Source of the DNA: an uncultured Chthoniobacterales bacterium
GTDB lineage: Bacteria; Verrucomicrobiota; Verrucomicrobiia; Chthoniobacterales; CALDSX01
Direction of reading: 5' to 3'
Assembly (NCBI GenBank): GCA_937924445.1
Contig: CALDSX010000001.1
Location: 33,802-97,801, forward strand
Length of the DNA stretch: 64,000 bases
The stretch's first letter is position 1. The number at the start of each line of letters is the position of its first letter. The position numbers and the translations under genes were made by a program. The notes beneath the pieces are model-generated. The model was given only the letters and a program-made list of their open reading frames with translations, was not told where the DNA came from and did no database searches. Positions 38,653-48,842 of this stretch are shown here, piece by piece.

Positions 38653-39228
38653 ATGATCGCCATACAAAAAACACCCCCGCTGGTTCAATTGGAAGACGGC
38701 ACCCTTGCCACTCTCGAAAAATCATGGTTGCGCCACGGAATAACACATGCCGCTCATCAAGCAGGTTATCGTAAATGGTGGCTTGCCGATCATATCGGGG
38801 CAGGGGTTATGGAGTACTTTTCACAACGTGTTGACGAGCGCATCGTGCCATTGGAGCGAATCGTTGAAGCCGTCCGCGCCGTTCTTTCCGCCACCGGCTA
38901 CAAAGATGTGGCAGCCCATTTTTGCCCTCCCCCCATGCCCGTGCGAATTGACCTGCGTCACATCGCCCAATCCGCCGGAACAGGCGGGGAATTGGTTTTT
39001 TTCTCTATGCTCGACACTGAACTTGCTTCCTTAAGCGGCCGTTGCACCCGGCATCTTCGCGTTGAGGGTCTAAAAGAGGCCACAAAGACTTTGCTTGGGG
39101 CGCATGCTTGGAGACGCGATTGTGAAAAGCTTTCCGACGAGATTGTAACCCACGTGCGAAACCGTCTTAACCAATACCGCGGAAGAAAAGAAAGCGCTAG
39201 TCAACCTTTCCTTCTCCGAATCAGCTAA
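38653..39228 (+). CDS. hypothetical protein
   Basis: 191-aa ORF starting 12 nt after nrdR on the same strand. Protein-like composition, but I recognise no family. Confidence 0.5.
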   Translation: MIAIQKTPPLVQLEDGTLATLEKSWLRHGITHAAHQAGYRKWWLADHIGAGVMEYFSQRVDERIVPLERIVEAVRAVLSATGYKDVAAHFCPPPMPVRIDLRHIAQSAGTGGELVFFSMLDTELASLSGRCTRHLRVEGLKEATKTLLGAHAWRRDCEKLSDEIVTHVRNRLNQYRGRKESASQPFLLRIS

Positions 39229-39255
39229 ATCCACCAACACCACAAGAATCTCCCA

Positions 39256-39594
39256 ATGACAATCTTCCAGCGTATTATCGCACGCGAAATCCCCGCCACC
39301 ATTGTCTACGAAGATGACCAGTGTCTCGCCTTCCGGGATATCAACCCCCAGGCACCTGTTCATATTCTTGTAATCCCCAAAAAACCATTGGCGCGCGTTG
39401 GCGAGTCTGAGCCGACCGACACCCCTCTTCTTGGGCATCTGCTTGTCACGGCAACAGAAATTGCCCGCAGAGAAAAAATCGATCGTTCCGGTTACCGGCT
39501 CGTCATCAACAACGGTCCGGACGCTGGGGAAAGCGTTCCTCACCTGCACGTTCATTTGATCGGCGGACGTCCGATGGGATGGCCGCCGGGCTAA
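39256..39594 (+). CDS. HIT-family (histidine triad) nucleotide hydrolase
   Basis: MTIFQRIIAREIPATIVYEDDQCLAFRDINPQAPVHILVIPK ... HLHVHLIGG (HxHxHxx triad). Confidence 0.9.
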   Translation: MTIFQRIIAREIPATIVYEDDQCLAFRDINPQAPVHILVIPKKPLARVGESEPTDTPLLGHLLVTATEIARREKIDRSGYRLVINNGPDAGESVPHLHVHLIGGRPMGWPPG

Positions 39595-40149
39595 GAAAAA
39601 GCTCGTTTATCACTCAAGCCCTTACGCGTCGTTGACTGGAGCTTCGCGGCGAGGATTTCCTCGCCGAATGAAGCGTTCCAGGCAGCATCCTCCGCCCAGA
39701 TTTGTTTTCTTGCGGAAATATGACTTTCGAACGCGCTTGGCTGGGCCATATCCCCTTGATTGGCCGCCTGATATTGCACCAGGATAAATCCACCAGCAGG
39801 CGACTTTTGAACGTGAAAAAGAGTGAAGGCGCGCTTGACCCCCGCTCGGGTTTACGATCCCCGATGCGGCATCGGGGATCTTGAGCAGGTCTTCCTTTGA
39901 AAACCCGGGATGCTTTGAAAAGCCGCTCATCACTTCGGCGAGAAAGGCGTCGCCAGTTTTGGCCGCAGGGTTTACTTTGTCGAAAATCCCTTCCACCGGG
40001 CTCTCAGCGCCGCCGTTCATTGGCATATATTCGCGAAGTTCGGAAATTCCACCTCTGGCACCACGGCCGGGCCGGAACGGCTTGCAGGTTTCACCGCCAA
40101 ACAGAACAAAGGCATGGTACGCTTGAGGAGGTGTGAATGGTGGCGCCAA
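39591..40149 (-). pseudogene. hypothetical protein split by a +1 frameshift at a G5 run (C5 on + strand, 39839-39843)
   Basis: The N-terminal frame (40149 down to about 39845) reads ...FSKEDLLKIPDAASGIVNPSG and then degenerates into Arg-rich junk. A second frame opens immediately after a TAA three codons upstream of the run and reads GVKRAFTLFHVQKSPAGGFILVQYQAANQGDMAQPSAFESH...AAKL through to 39591. Removing one G joins the two into a 185-aa ORF. Confidence 0.45.
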
Positions 40150-40745
40150 AGGCAGTCCGCCACAGACACCCGGAGGAATGAAGATAATATCACTGAGTTG
40201 TTTATTGTTTAGATTTCATATTGTGGCAGCAGTTCCCTGCACGTTAGAGCCATTTTTTTCAATGACATGTGGAGCAAAAAAGAACGACACCAGTAAACGT
40301 CGCCCATTTTGTCAAAGGCGTGGTTTGGATGTTAATGATATTTTATTTTTCAACGTGAAGCACTTAATCATATATTAGTATTAAAGAGTAAAATACAATT
40401 TCCCAACCGCCTGACGTTTGATTTGTCGGGAAGTTTTTGCACTCGTTTGATCGCCACGACCGGCGTTACCGGCTGAGCCACACCTCTAATTTCCGAACGT
40501 TCGGCTGCTCTCCATCTCGTCAAACTGGGTTGCGAAAAAATTTGGTCTCAAGGCGACACAGCGTGATTATGGGCAATTTTGATTTTATCTCTCCTGAGAC
40601 GTGGCTGAACTTTTTAATCCCATCAGGTGGCATCCGGAAGAGTTGACGCTGTGTTGGTGAATGCCATTGGATGCTTGCTTCTGCAAAACTAAGCGCTAGC
40701 TGTTTTAGAAGATAGTTTCCAAAATTCGCTTAACGCCAACTAACC

Positions 40746-42170
40746 ATGTCAGTTGAAATTCTATCGCGTTTGCAATTCGCTTTCACTGTAGCCTTCCATT
40801 ACCTTTTTCCGCCATTGAGCATCGGACTGGGGGTAGTGCTGGTAATGATGGAAGGTACTTGGCTAGTTAGCAAAAATCCTGTTTTCCACAATATGGCCCG
40901 TTTTTGGACGAAAATTTTCGGGTTGATTTTCGGACTCGGAGTTGCGTCGGGGATCGTGATGGAGTTTCAATTTGGCACGAACTGGGCGACTTACAGTCGG
41001 TTTGTGGGCGACATTTTTGGCAGCGCACTGGCGGCTGAAGGGATTTTTGCGTTCTTTCTTGAGTCGGGTTTTCTTGCGGTGTTGTTGTTTGGCTGGGATA
41101 AAGTTGGTCCGGTGATGCATTTTTTCTCGACGTGTATGGTGGCTTTGGGGGCGCATTTCAGTGCTGTGTGGATTGTGGTAGCCAACTCTTGGCAGCAGAC
41201 ACCCGCCGGTTCGCACCTTGAGATTGCTGGTAAAATCATGCCCCCTGGCTACGCCCTACAGCCCGAAGACCTCGGGCAGGCGCGGATGGTGATTGACGAC
41301 TTTTGGGCAGTGGTGTTCAACCCTTCCTCAATGGATCGGCTCTCCCACACGCTGATGGGTGGGTGGTCCGCAGCAGCCTTTTTCGTAATTAGTGTTGCGG
41401 CATGGTATCTTTTGCACAAGCGGCATGAACAATTTGCGCATTATTCTTTGCGATTTGGAATCGCTCTGGCGTTGGTGGCTTCGGTGCTTTCGCTTGTGAC
41501 GGGGCATCACTCGGCAGTTGGGGTGGCTAAAAACCAGCCACCCAAACTCGCGGCAATGGAAGGGCTCTGGGAAAGCGGTCCCGACGCTCCTTTGCACCTT
41601 GTGGGTGTGGTAGATGAAAAGAGCAGTAGAACGACGGGCATCGCCGTGCCCGGAATGCTGAGTGTTTTGATTGGCGGCACGTCGGAGCATCCGGTCACCG
41701 GGCTCAACGACATCCCGCTTGAAAACCGCCCGCCGGTGAATGCAACATTTCAGCTCTTCCATGTGATGGTGGCAATTGGCTTCAGCCTGATCGGTTTGGC
41801 GTGCTGGGGTTGTGGACTTTGGGCTTTTGGCCTGCTTGACAAACCAGAGAATCCCCTGACGCGAGCCTTTCTGCTAATTTGCGTGCCAGCGGTGCTCTTG
41901 CCTCAAATTGCCAATCAGGCTGGTTGGTTTACGGCGGAGATCGGCCGGCAACCGTGGATTGTTTGGGGTTATTTAAGAACGAGCCAGGGTCTCTCGGCCG
42001 TTGTGCGTGAGCATCAGGTGCTAACATCAATCATCGGCTTCGGTTTCATCTATTTGCTGCTGTTTGCGTTGTTTATTTTTCTGCTTAACAGAAAGATCCA
42101 GCATGGACCTGAAAACCGTGAAGAGAGTTCTGCGCTACCGGAAAGCTGGATGAAACAAAGCCGCGCATAA
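40746..42170 (+). CDS. cydA: cytochrome bd ubiquinol oxidase subunit I
   Basis: [24 protein letters not shown]-terminus, Q-loop region and [16 protein letters not shown] signature. Confidence 0.95.
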   Translation: MSVEILSRLQFAFTVAFHYLFPPLSIGLGVVLVMMEGTWLVSKNPVFHNMARFWTKIFGLIFGLGVASGIVMEFQFGTNWATYSRFVGDIFGSALAAEGIFAFFLESGFLAVLLFGWDKVGPVMHFFSTCMVALGAHFSAVWIVVANSWQQTPAGSHLEIAGKIMPPGYALQPEDLGQARMVIDDFWAVVFNPSSMDRLSHTLMGGWSAAAFFVISVAAWYLLHKRHEQFAHYSLRFGIALALVASVLSLVTGHHSAVGVAKNQPPKLAAMEGLWESGPDAPLHLVGVVDEKSSRTTGIAVPGMLSVLIGGTSEHPVTGLNDIPLENRPPVNATFQLFHVMVAIGFSLIGLACWGCGLWAFGLLDKPENPLTRAFLLICVPAVLLPQIANQAGWFTAEIGRQPWIVWGYLRTSQGLSAVVREHQVLTSIIGFGFIYLLLFALFIFLLNRKIQHGPENREESSALPESWMKQSRA

Positions 42171-42192
42171 CTTTCCCTGCTCTCAACTTTTT

Positions 42193-43215
42193 ATGACGAT
42201 TGATTATAATCTTCTATGGTTCGTTCTTGTGGGCGTGCTTTTTGCCGGCTACGCGATTCTTGATGGATTTGATCTTGGTGTTGGAGCTTTGCTACCGCTG
42301 ATAAAGGGTGACCATGATCGACGCATTTTTTATAATGCGATCGGTCCGGTCTGGGACGGTAATGAAGTCTGGCTTGTCACCGGGGGTGGAGCGCTCTTTG
42401 CAGCCTTTCCAAACGTTTACGCCACAGTTTTTTCCGGGTTTTATCTTGCGTTTATGTTATTACTCTTTGCGCTGATTTTCAGAGCAGTGGCGATTGAATT
42501 TCGCAGCAAGGAGCCGTGGCCTTGGTGGCGGGCGATGTGGGATCGAGGATTTTTCATTGGAAGCACCACTGCGTCTCTGCTTATTGGCGTGGCGATGGGT
42601 AATATCGTCTGGGGCGTGCCATTGGACGAAAGGGGCGAATTTGCGGGCACTTTTCTTGGGCTGCTGAATCCCTACGCGCTGGCAATGGGCATCACCACGG
42701 TTGCGCTCTTTATGATGCATGGCTCGATCTATCTGGCAATGAAAACCGATGGCGATTTACAGAAGAGGGTGCGGTCTTGGATCAACCCGCTGATCATTGC
42801 CTTCATCGTGCTTTTTTCTATTACAAGCATGGCGACTCTTCTTTATGTGCCCCGTATGACCGACGCGCTCCGAGCCAATCCGTGGCTTTTTTCAGTGGTA
42901 GTGCTGATGATCCTTGCGGTGGCAAACATTCCGCGTGAAATCCATCATGGGCGTGACTGGGCGGCCTTTTTGAGTTCTTGCGCGACGATGCTTCTTTTGA
43001 TGGCCCTTTTCGGACTAGGGATGTTCCCCAATCTGGTCTATTCTTCACCCCATCCGGAGTATTCCCTCACGGCCTACAACGCGGCTTCAACTGAAAAAAC
43101 GCTTCGCATCATGACCATCATCGCGGCGATCGGCGTGCCGATTGTTCTGGCCTACACGGCCAGCGTTTACTACATTTTCCGCGGCAAAGTTAAAATCGGC
43201 CCAGACAGTTACTGA
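42193..43215 (+). CDS. cydB: cytochrome bd ubiquinol oxidase subunit II
   Basis: LWFVLVGVLFAGYAILDGFDLGVG and IGPVWDGNEVWLV signatures, directly downstream of cydA. Confidence 0.95.
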   Translation: MTIDYNLLWFVLVGVLFAGYAILDGFDLGVGALLPLIKGDHDRRIFYNAIGPVWDGNEVWLVTGGGALFAAFPNVYATVFSGFYLAFMLLLFALIFRAVAIEFRSKEPWPWWRAMWDRGFFIGSTTASLLIGVAMGNIVWGVPLDERGEFAGTFLGLLNPYALAMGITTVALFMMHGSIYLAMKTDGDLQKRVRSWINPLIIAFIVLFSITSMATLLYVPRMTDALRANPWLFSVVVLMILAVANIPREIHHGRDWAAFLSSCATMLLLMALFGLGMFPNLVYSSPHPEYSLTAYNAASTEKTLRIMTIIAAIGVPIVLAYTASVYYIFRGKVKIGPDSY

Positions 43216-43542
43216 AGGGTATGAGGTGTCTGCGGTTTTATCCCTCTTTTTCGGCGCAGTCGGGCGAATGAAGAAAAGTCCAACCATGATTTTGAACAAA
43301 AACAGATGCTGCAGTCAAAATGAAAGTTTTTACTCTGAATTCTTCGGTTACGTTTAATTAAGTCATCACATGTTTTCAGTTATATGTCCTCAGAAATATC
43401 AAGGCTTGTTTTGCAACTTTCCAACTGCGGCTTTTTAGTTTGTTGTTGTTTAAGGAATTTGCTCCAGAGGCCTATGTGTCGAAGGTAAATAAGGGGTTCG
43501 AAAATCTCTTAAGCAGAATTCTTCCGTGCTGTTAAAAAGAGT

Positions 43543-46500
43543 TTGGCCTGTTTGACAAGGCAACTTGAACGCCTTGACACATTAAGAAATGTCGTAATCG
43601 TAACAATATTGAAACCTCATATTATTTTTACTCCCTCCGAAGAATTTCGACCGAACTGGATTGCCCATAAACGTGATGCAGACGGGCATTTAACACACGC
43701 GCGACATGGTTATCACAGCGCATACACCGATGCGCCCGAAAAAGCGAAGTGGGTGGCATTTGACTTGGGAGATATTCGCTCTTTCAACGCAGTGGTGCTT
43801 TACCCATTGTTTCCGCTATACGAGGAGGGACACAAGGAACAATGGCGTGCAAGCGGTCTTTATTTTCCACGATGTGTTTGCATTGAAATAGCCGACCGAT
43901 CCGATTTTTCCGATGCCCGTTCGGTGGCCGAGTGGGTTGATCCAATGGAGCGCCGGGAATCTGATTTTAATGCGGAAGGCGAATTTCTGGGGTGGTTTCA
44001 TGCAAATCCCCAAGATGATCCGGTCACCATTGGCTTTCCTCCCGTTTCGGCCCGATATGTGCGTGTTGTCGCAACGCGGTTGGGAGGGTATTACAGCGCA
44101 AATTTGCTTAGTCGAAACGAGGCAAAACGTTTTGCCCTTGCTTTAGCGGAGGTTGACATCCTCTCGCCAACAGGCGACAACTTGGCGTTAATTGCCAAAG
44201 TTTCCGCATCTGACCAACTGGACGGAGTGCCGCGCTACCAGCCGCAATTTGTCAATGACGGACGTAGAACCCCGCTGCCGCCAGCCACGTTATTTCGGCG
44301 GGAATTTAAACTCACGGAGCGCCCCGTTGAAGCATTCCTGGAGGCCACTGCCCTTGGAGTGTATGCCGCTTTAGTCAATGGTCGTGCAGTGTCAGAAGAT
44401 CGTTTCGCTCCTGAGTGGACGCAAATTCAGCGTCGGCTGTTGGTGCAACGGTGGGATATTACGTCGCATCTTCAGGATGGCCTGAACGTGATTGCTGCCG
44501 TGGTGGGCGACGGATGGACCTTCGGCACCTTGTCCTCTGGAATACAAAATGGGCAAACCGAAGGCTTTTATCACCAATTCGCAGCCCGAATTACGCTTCG
44601 GTATGCGGATGGACATGAAGAGATCTTAATCACAGACAATTCCTGGCGTAGCAGCACTCAGGGTCCTTGGCGACAGACCGATTTGTATTTGGGAGAGGTT
44701 TTTGATCGGCGATTTCTGGCCGATGGCTGGGATCGGCCAGGGTTTGACGACAACGGTTGGGCTTCATCTGCGACACGCTCCTTGTCCAATGAGAGATCGG
44801 ATTTCGTTTTTCAACTCCAGGATCACCCAGGAATACGCATCGAGAAGGAAATACCTTGTGTTGAAGTTAAGGAAACACAGCAGGGCGTTTACCTGCTAGA
44901 CTTTGGCCAGATGGTTCTTGGCGTCTGCCGCATCAGGTTGCGGGGGCAGGCGGGTAAACCAATCAGGTTGCAGCATGTCCAATCTCTTGAGTCGGATGGC
45001 ACAACGCCACACACCTTCAATCTCTGCGCTGCAATGCAGCGAGATAAGGTCATTCCTGAGTCGTCGGAGACTTTTGTTTACGAACCACTGTTCACGATCC
45101 ACTCCTTCCGCTATGTCCAAATTGTTGGGGCCGAACCCTTGAACAAAGAAGATGCCGTGGCATTGCTGATCCATTCCGAAGCCCCGCTCGCAGGAATTTT
45201 CTCATCGTCCAACCCGGTTCTCGACTCTATTGTCGAGGCGTGTGATCGCACAATAAGCCAAAATCTTCTTTCGGTTTCTACTGACTGCGCGGCTCGCGAA
45301 CGCAGTGGTTGGGCCGTTTCTGAGCTCGGAGCGTCTGCAACCCTCTACCAGAGGAAGGCTGGAGCGCTTTTCCGCAAGTGGCTGCGTGATTTTGCAGACG
45401 GGTTCCATGAGTGTGACTCTCTGACAGGCGCCGGGCATTATTCCCTGCTCGCGCCGGTTCCCATTTTCACAGAAAGAAACGAAAATGTCGGCATTAGCAA
45501 ATATTTCACCTTCGGCTGGAGCGATTGCCCTCTAGTGGTGACCTGGCAGCATTGGCTTCACTATGCGGATCGTGAGGTTATTGAAGAGAACTGGCCATTT
45601 CTGCAAAAGCAAACACTTTTGTTAGAGAAGATTGCACCTCAAACTCTGTCGGACGAGCCAGATATCTTTACCTATTTTGGCGACTGGCTTGACGCAAAAA
45701 CACTTTATGAACCGCTGTGGACGTTATCTGGCTACCTCCCCGATCCGGCCCGACAAACCGATTTTGGGGTGGAAAATTCGACTTTCTCCTATGCGCTACT
45801 GGCTCGCCACTTCGACTTGGCAGGCCGCATAGCGGCCATTTTTGGGGCGGAGAATGAGGCTGATCGGTGGCTTGAACGATCAACTTTTTTGAAGACATAT
45901 TTTACTCGGCATTTCTTCGGGGAAAACGGCAAAGCGAACAGCCATAGTCAAGGTGCTTATGCGCTGGCTTTGTTCCACGATCTTTTGCCATCGGAAATGA
46001 TTGAATCCGCGCTTGGATGGTTGGACCACACCATACGATTATCTTGTCACCGTTTTTCGACCGGGTTCCAATGCACTCCTCTCCTGCTAGATGTGCTCTC
46101 CCGATACGGCCGCCATGCGACGGCCTGTCGAATGGTGTTAAGCGAACGCACAGGCGGCTACGGCCATATGATCGCCAACGGTGCAACCTCGATCTGGGAA
46201 CGCTGGGACACCGATGCCTGGATGGGCAAAGCTTATATGAATGATTTTTGTCATCGCGATTTTACCTCGGTAGCGGACTGGGTGTGGCGTCATGTCGTTG
46301 GCATTCAGCCAGTGGAACGAGCGCCAGGGTTTGAGCAAGTTCACATCACACCGAAATTCGATGGCCCAGTCAGGTGTGTCCAAGCTACTCATCACTCGAT
46401 TCGAGGGCAAATTTCTGTGGCTTGGGAGAAAAAAGAGTTTGAGGTTGCGGTGGAGGTCAATCTGCCAGAGGGTGTGAAAGGTCTTCTATCCGCTGGGGCG

Positions 46501-46608
46501 GGCAAGCCTGAACCTCTTCATTCGGGGCGGTCACAATTTTTGATTCCTCTCTCGCGCTCTCAACCTACGACTTTGGTTCACGGCACGCAAGAATCCTCTG
46601 TCCGCTGA
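43543..46608 (+). CDS. GH78 alpha-L-rhamnosidase with N-terminal discoidin (F5/8 type C)-like module
   Basis: FRREFKLTERPVEAFLEATALGVYAALVNGRAVSEDRFAPEWTQ is the rhamnosidase N-domain pattern, and an (alpha/alpha)6 catalytic region follows. The N-terminal AFDLGDIRSFNAVVLYP...ARYVRVVATR resembles a discoidin module. The start (TTG in the track) is uncertain, and I see no obvious signal peptide. Confidence 0.75.
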   Translation: MACLTRQLERLDTLRNVVIVTILKPHIIFTPSEEFRPNWIAHKRDADGHLTHARHGYHSAYTDAPEKAKWVAFDLGDIRSFNAVVLYPLFPLYEEGHKEQWRASGLYFPRCVCIEIADRSDFSDARSVAEWVDPMERRESDFNAEGEFLGWFHANPQDDPVTIGFPPVSARYVRVVATRLGGYYSANLLSRNEAKRFALALAEVDILSPTGDNLALIAKVSASDQLDGVPRYQPQFVNDGRRTPLPPATLFRREFKLTERPVEAFLEATALGVYAALVNGRAVSEDRFAPEWTQIQRRLLVQRWDITSHLQDGLNVIAAVVGDGWTFGTLSSGIQNGQTEGFYHQFAARITLRYADGHEEILITDNSWRSSTQGPWRQTDLYLGEVFDRRFLADGWDRPGFDDNGWASSATRSLSNERSDFVFQLQDHPGIRIEKEIPCVEVKETQQGVYLLDFGQMVLGVCRIRLRGQAGKPIRLQHVQSLESDGTTPHTFNLCAAMQRDKVIPESSETFVYEPLFTIHSFRYVQIVGAEPLNKEDAVALLIHSEAPLAGIFSSSNPVLDSIVEACDRTISQNLLSVSTDCAARERSGWAVSELGASATLYQRKAGALFRKWLRDFADGFHECDSLTGAGHYSLLAPVPIFTERNENVGISKYFTFGWSDCPLVVTWQHWLHYADREVIEENWPFLQKQTLLLEKIAPQTLSDEPDIFTYFGDWLDAKTLYEPLWTLSGYLPDPARQTDFGVENSTFSYALLARHFDLAGRIAAIFGAENEADRWLERSTFLKTYFTRHFFGENGKANSHSQGAYALALFHDLLPSEMIESALGWLDHTIRLSCHRFSTGFQCTPLLLDVLSRYGRHATACRMVLSERTGGYGHMIANGATSIWERWDTDAWMGKAYMNDFCHRDFTSVADWVWRHVVGIQPVERAPGFEQVHITPKFDGPVRCVQATHHSIRGQISVAWEKKEFEVAVEVNLPEGVKGLLSAGAGKPEPLHSGRSQFLIPLSRSQPTTLVHGTQESSVR

Positions 46609-46800
46609 TGAATGGACGTGGATCGCGTTCGCAACTCCGTAAGAGGGGGCTTTTTCACCCTGGAAAACTGAAAAATTTTGATCATCTCCCCCGAAGGCTA
46701 CTTTGAGTTTTGGGGATGATTTGCGACGGTTTTTCGAAGACTTTTTCAGGCAACCCAAACAGCCGTGTTCTCAAACGAACGATACCTATCGCACAAGTCG

Positions 46801-48141
46801 TTAGTTGCGGATAAATTCCTCTTTGAATTTTGAAAGGAAGCTTTGTGTAGGCCACGAGCAGGCTTCTCCAAAGGCGCAAATCGTCTTGCCTGCAATATTG
46901 TCAGCCACACTTTTAAGAATATCAGCATCGTCTGGCAGACCAGCACCGGAAACGATCCGGTCTGTGATTTTACGCATCCATAAGGAGCCTTCACGGCACG
47001 GGGTGCATTGTCCACAGCTTTCATGCGCATAGAATGCGTTGATGTTGTTCAGCACCCATGCCATGTCGCGTGAGTTGTCCATCACGATCACGCCGCCGGA
47101 GCCAGCCATTGAACCTGCGGCGGCAAGCGTGTCAAAATCCATCGGCAGATCCATTACACCAAGCTCTCTTTCCGATTGGGAACCATCGGGCCCTTTGGTT
47201 TTTATTTTGAAACGTTCGTCAGCGCGAAAAACTTTGGCCGAGCTGCCTCCGGGAATTATTGCCTTAAATTTACGCCCCGGTTTGGGCCCCCCACAAAGGT
47301 CGTTCAACAATTCTCCCATCGTCAACGATCCGACTTCAACTTCGTAATAGCCAGGACGTTGCACATCTCCGCTGACGCAAAGAATGCGGGTGCCGGTATT
47401 GTTTGGTGTGCCGATTTTAGCATACTCAGCCCCCCCCATCCGAATGATATGTTTGACGTGGCAAAGGGTTTCGACGTTGTTCACAATGGTTGGGCACATA
47501 TAGAGCCCGAGAGCGGCTGGGAAATAGGGCGGTTTGATGCGGGGATAAGCGCGCTTCCCCTCGAGTGATTCAATAAGGCCGGTTTCTTCTCCACAAATGT
47601 AGGCTCCAGCACCGCGATGGACGTAGATTTCACAGTCAAAACCAGAGTCGAGAATGTTTTTGCCCAAAAAACCTTTGGCTTTCGCCTCAGCAATGGCTTT
47701 TTCGAGAATGTGCGCACCTTGGGGAAACTCTCCGCGAATGTAAATGTAGGCAAGTCTCGCGTTGACAGCGAAACAGGAGATGATCATGCCCTCAAGGAGT
47801 TGGTGCGGATCTTGATGGATAATATAGCGGTCTTTGAAGGTGCCAGGCTCGGATTCGTCGGCGTTGCAGATCAAATAGACTGGTTTGGTGTTGTCCGGTC
47901 GAATGAAGCCCCATTTCACACCGGCTGCAAAACCCGCCCCTCCGCGTCCGCGTAGGCCGGAGGTTTTCACCTCCGCCACAATGTCTGTGGCCTTCATAGT
48001 GAAGGCCTTTTTCAGTTCGTTGTATCCGCCATCCGCAAGATACGTTTCGATAGAGGGATCCCAGTCAGCACGATCTATATTGCGAAAAATGATGCGATGC
48101 TCGCGTGGATGCGGTTTACGGGTGTATTGAATTTTGCTCAT
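46801..48141 (-). CDS. nuoF: NADH-quinone oxidoreductase subunit F (51-kDa, FMN/NADH-binding)
   Basis: GLRGRGGAGFAAGVKWGF, ICNADESEPGTFKDR and ESCGQCTPCREG (4Fe-4S) motifs. Confidence 0.9.
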   Translation of the reverse strand: MSKIQYTRKPHPREHRIIFRNIDRADWDPSIETYLADGGYNELKKAFTMKATDIVAEVKTSGLRGRGGAGFAAGVKWGFIRPDNTKPVYLICNADESEPGTFKDRYIIHQDPHQLLEGMIISCFAVNARLAYIYIRGEFPQGAHILEKAIAEAKAKGFLGKNILDSGFDCEIYVHRGAGAYICGEETGLIESLEGKRAYPRIKPPYFPAALGLYMCPTIVNNVETLCHVKHIIRMGGAEYAKIGTPNNTGTRILCVSGDVQRPGYYEVEVGSLTMGELLNDLCGGPKPGRKFKAIIPGGSSAKVFRADERFKIKTKGPDGSQSERELGVMDLPMDFDTLAAAGSMAGSGGVIVMDNSRDMAWVLNNINAFYAHESCGQCTPCREGSLWMRKITDRIVSGAGLPDDADILKSVADNIAGKTICAFGEACSWPTQSFLSKFKEEFIRN

Positions 48142-48202
48142 CGGGGTGGCATGTGGCTAGCAGAAGGTTAATAGCTTTTACGTCTGCAAAGGGCATCACA
48201 GA

Positions 48203-48763
48203 TTACTGACAGGAGTTGATAATCTCCGCAGCTTTTGCCGGGGTCACGGCTTCGTAGAAGTCATCGTTGATCATACAGACAGGTCCTGTGCCGCAACTGG
48301 CGAGGCACTCGACAAATTCAATACTGAACCGACCGTCAGGGCTTCTGGAAATAGACTCACCATGTGAGCCGTTTGAGCAAGTTTCATCTTCTATACCGGC
48401 GAGACGAGCAAGCTCTTTTTTCAGTTCATAAGAACCGGCCATGGCACAAGAAAGGGTGCGGCAAACACGAATGTGGAAACGCCCGGCGGGTTTCTCACGG
48501 AACATCGGGTAAAAGGTGACAAGTTCGAGGACGTTGATTGGCTTTAATTCAAGACGGTTGGCGATCCATTCGACAGCCTCCGGGCTTATAAAGCCGAAGT
48601 GTTCCTGGAAAAGGTGCAGAAGAGGTAGCGTCGCACTGCGTTTAGAGACAGGATAGCGCGCGACAGTTTCGTCAATTTTCGCGATGAGTTCGTTGGGAAT
48701 GTCCATCGTTTGTGTGGATTTTAAGGTGGTTTCTATCATGGGCAAGAAGCTTTTATAACTCAA
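48203..48763 (-). CDS. nuoE: NADH-quinone oxidoreductase subunit E (24-kDa, 2Fe-2S)
   Basis: KRSATLPLLHLFQEHFGFISPEAVEWIA and the Cys pattern RVCRTLSC...ECLASCGTGP, immediately upstream of nuoF. Confidence 0.85.
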   Translation of the reverse strand: MSYKSFLPMIETTLKSTQTMDIPNELIAKIDETVARYPVSKRSATLPLLHLFQEHFGFISPEAVEWIANRLELKPINVLELVTFYPMFREKPAGRFHIRVCRTLSCAMAGSYELKKELARLAGIEDETCSNGSHGESISRSPDGRFSIEFVECLASCGTGPVCMINDDFYEAVTPAKAAEIINSCQ

Positions 48764-48842
48764 AGCGGAATCTGAGTGACATTTTTTGTCCTAGTGATGG
48801 ATTCGTGTTGCATCGGTTTTTGGTTGCGCCGATCATTTTATA

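Noticed and set aside
43229-43357. Possible cydX-like small membrane peptide after cydB (GTG-started MSAVLSLFFGAVGRMKK..., 43 aa)
   Set aside because: The hydrophobic stretch is only about 12 residues, there is no convincing start or RBS, and there is no similarity to the CydX pattern I know. It is probably non-coding.
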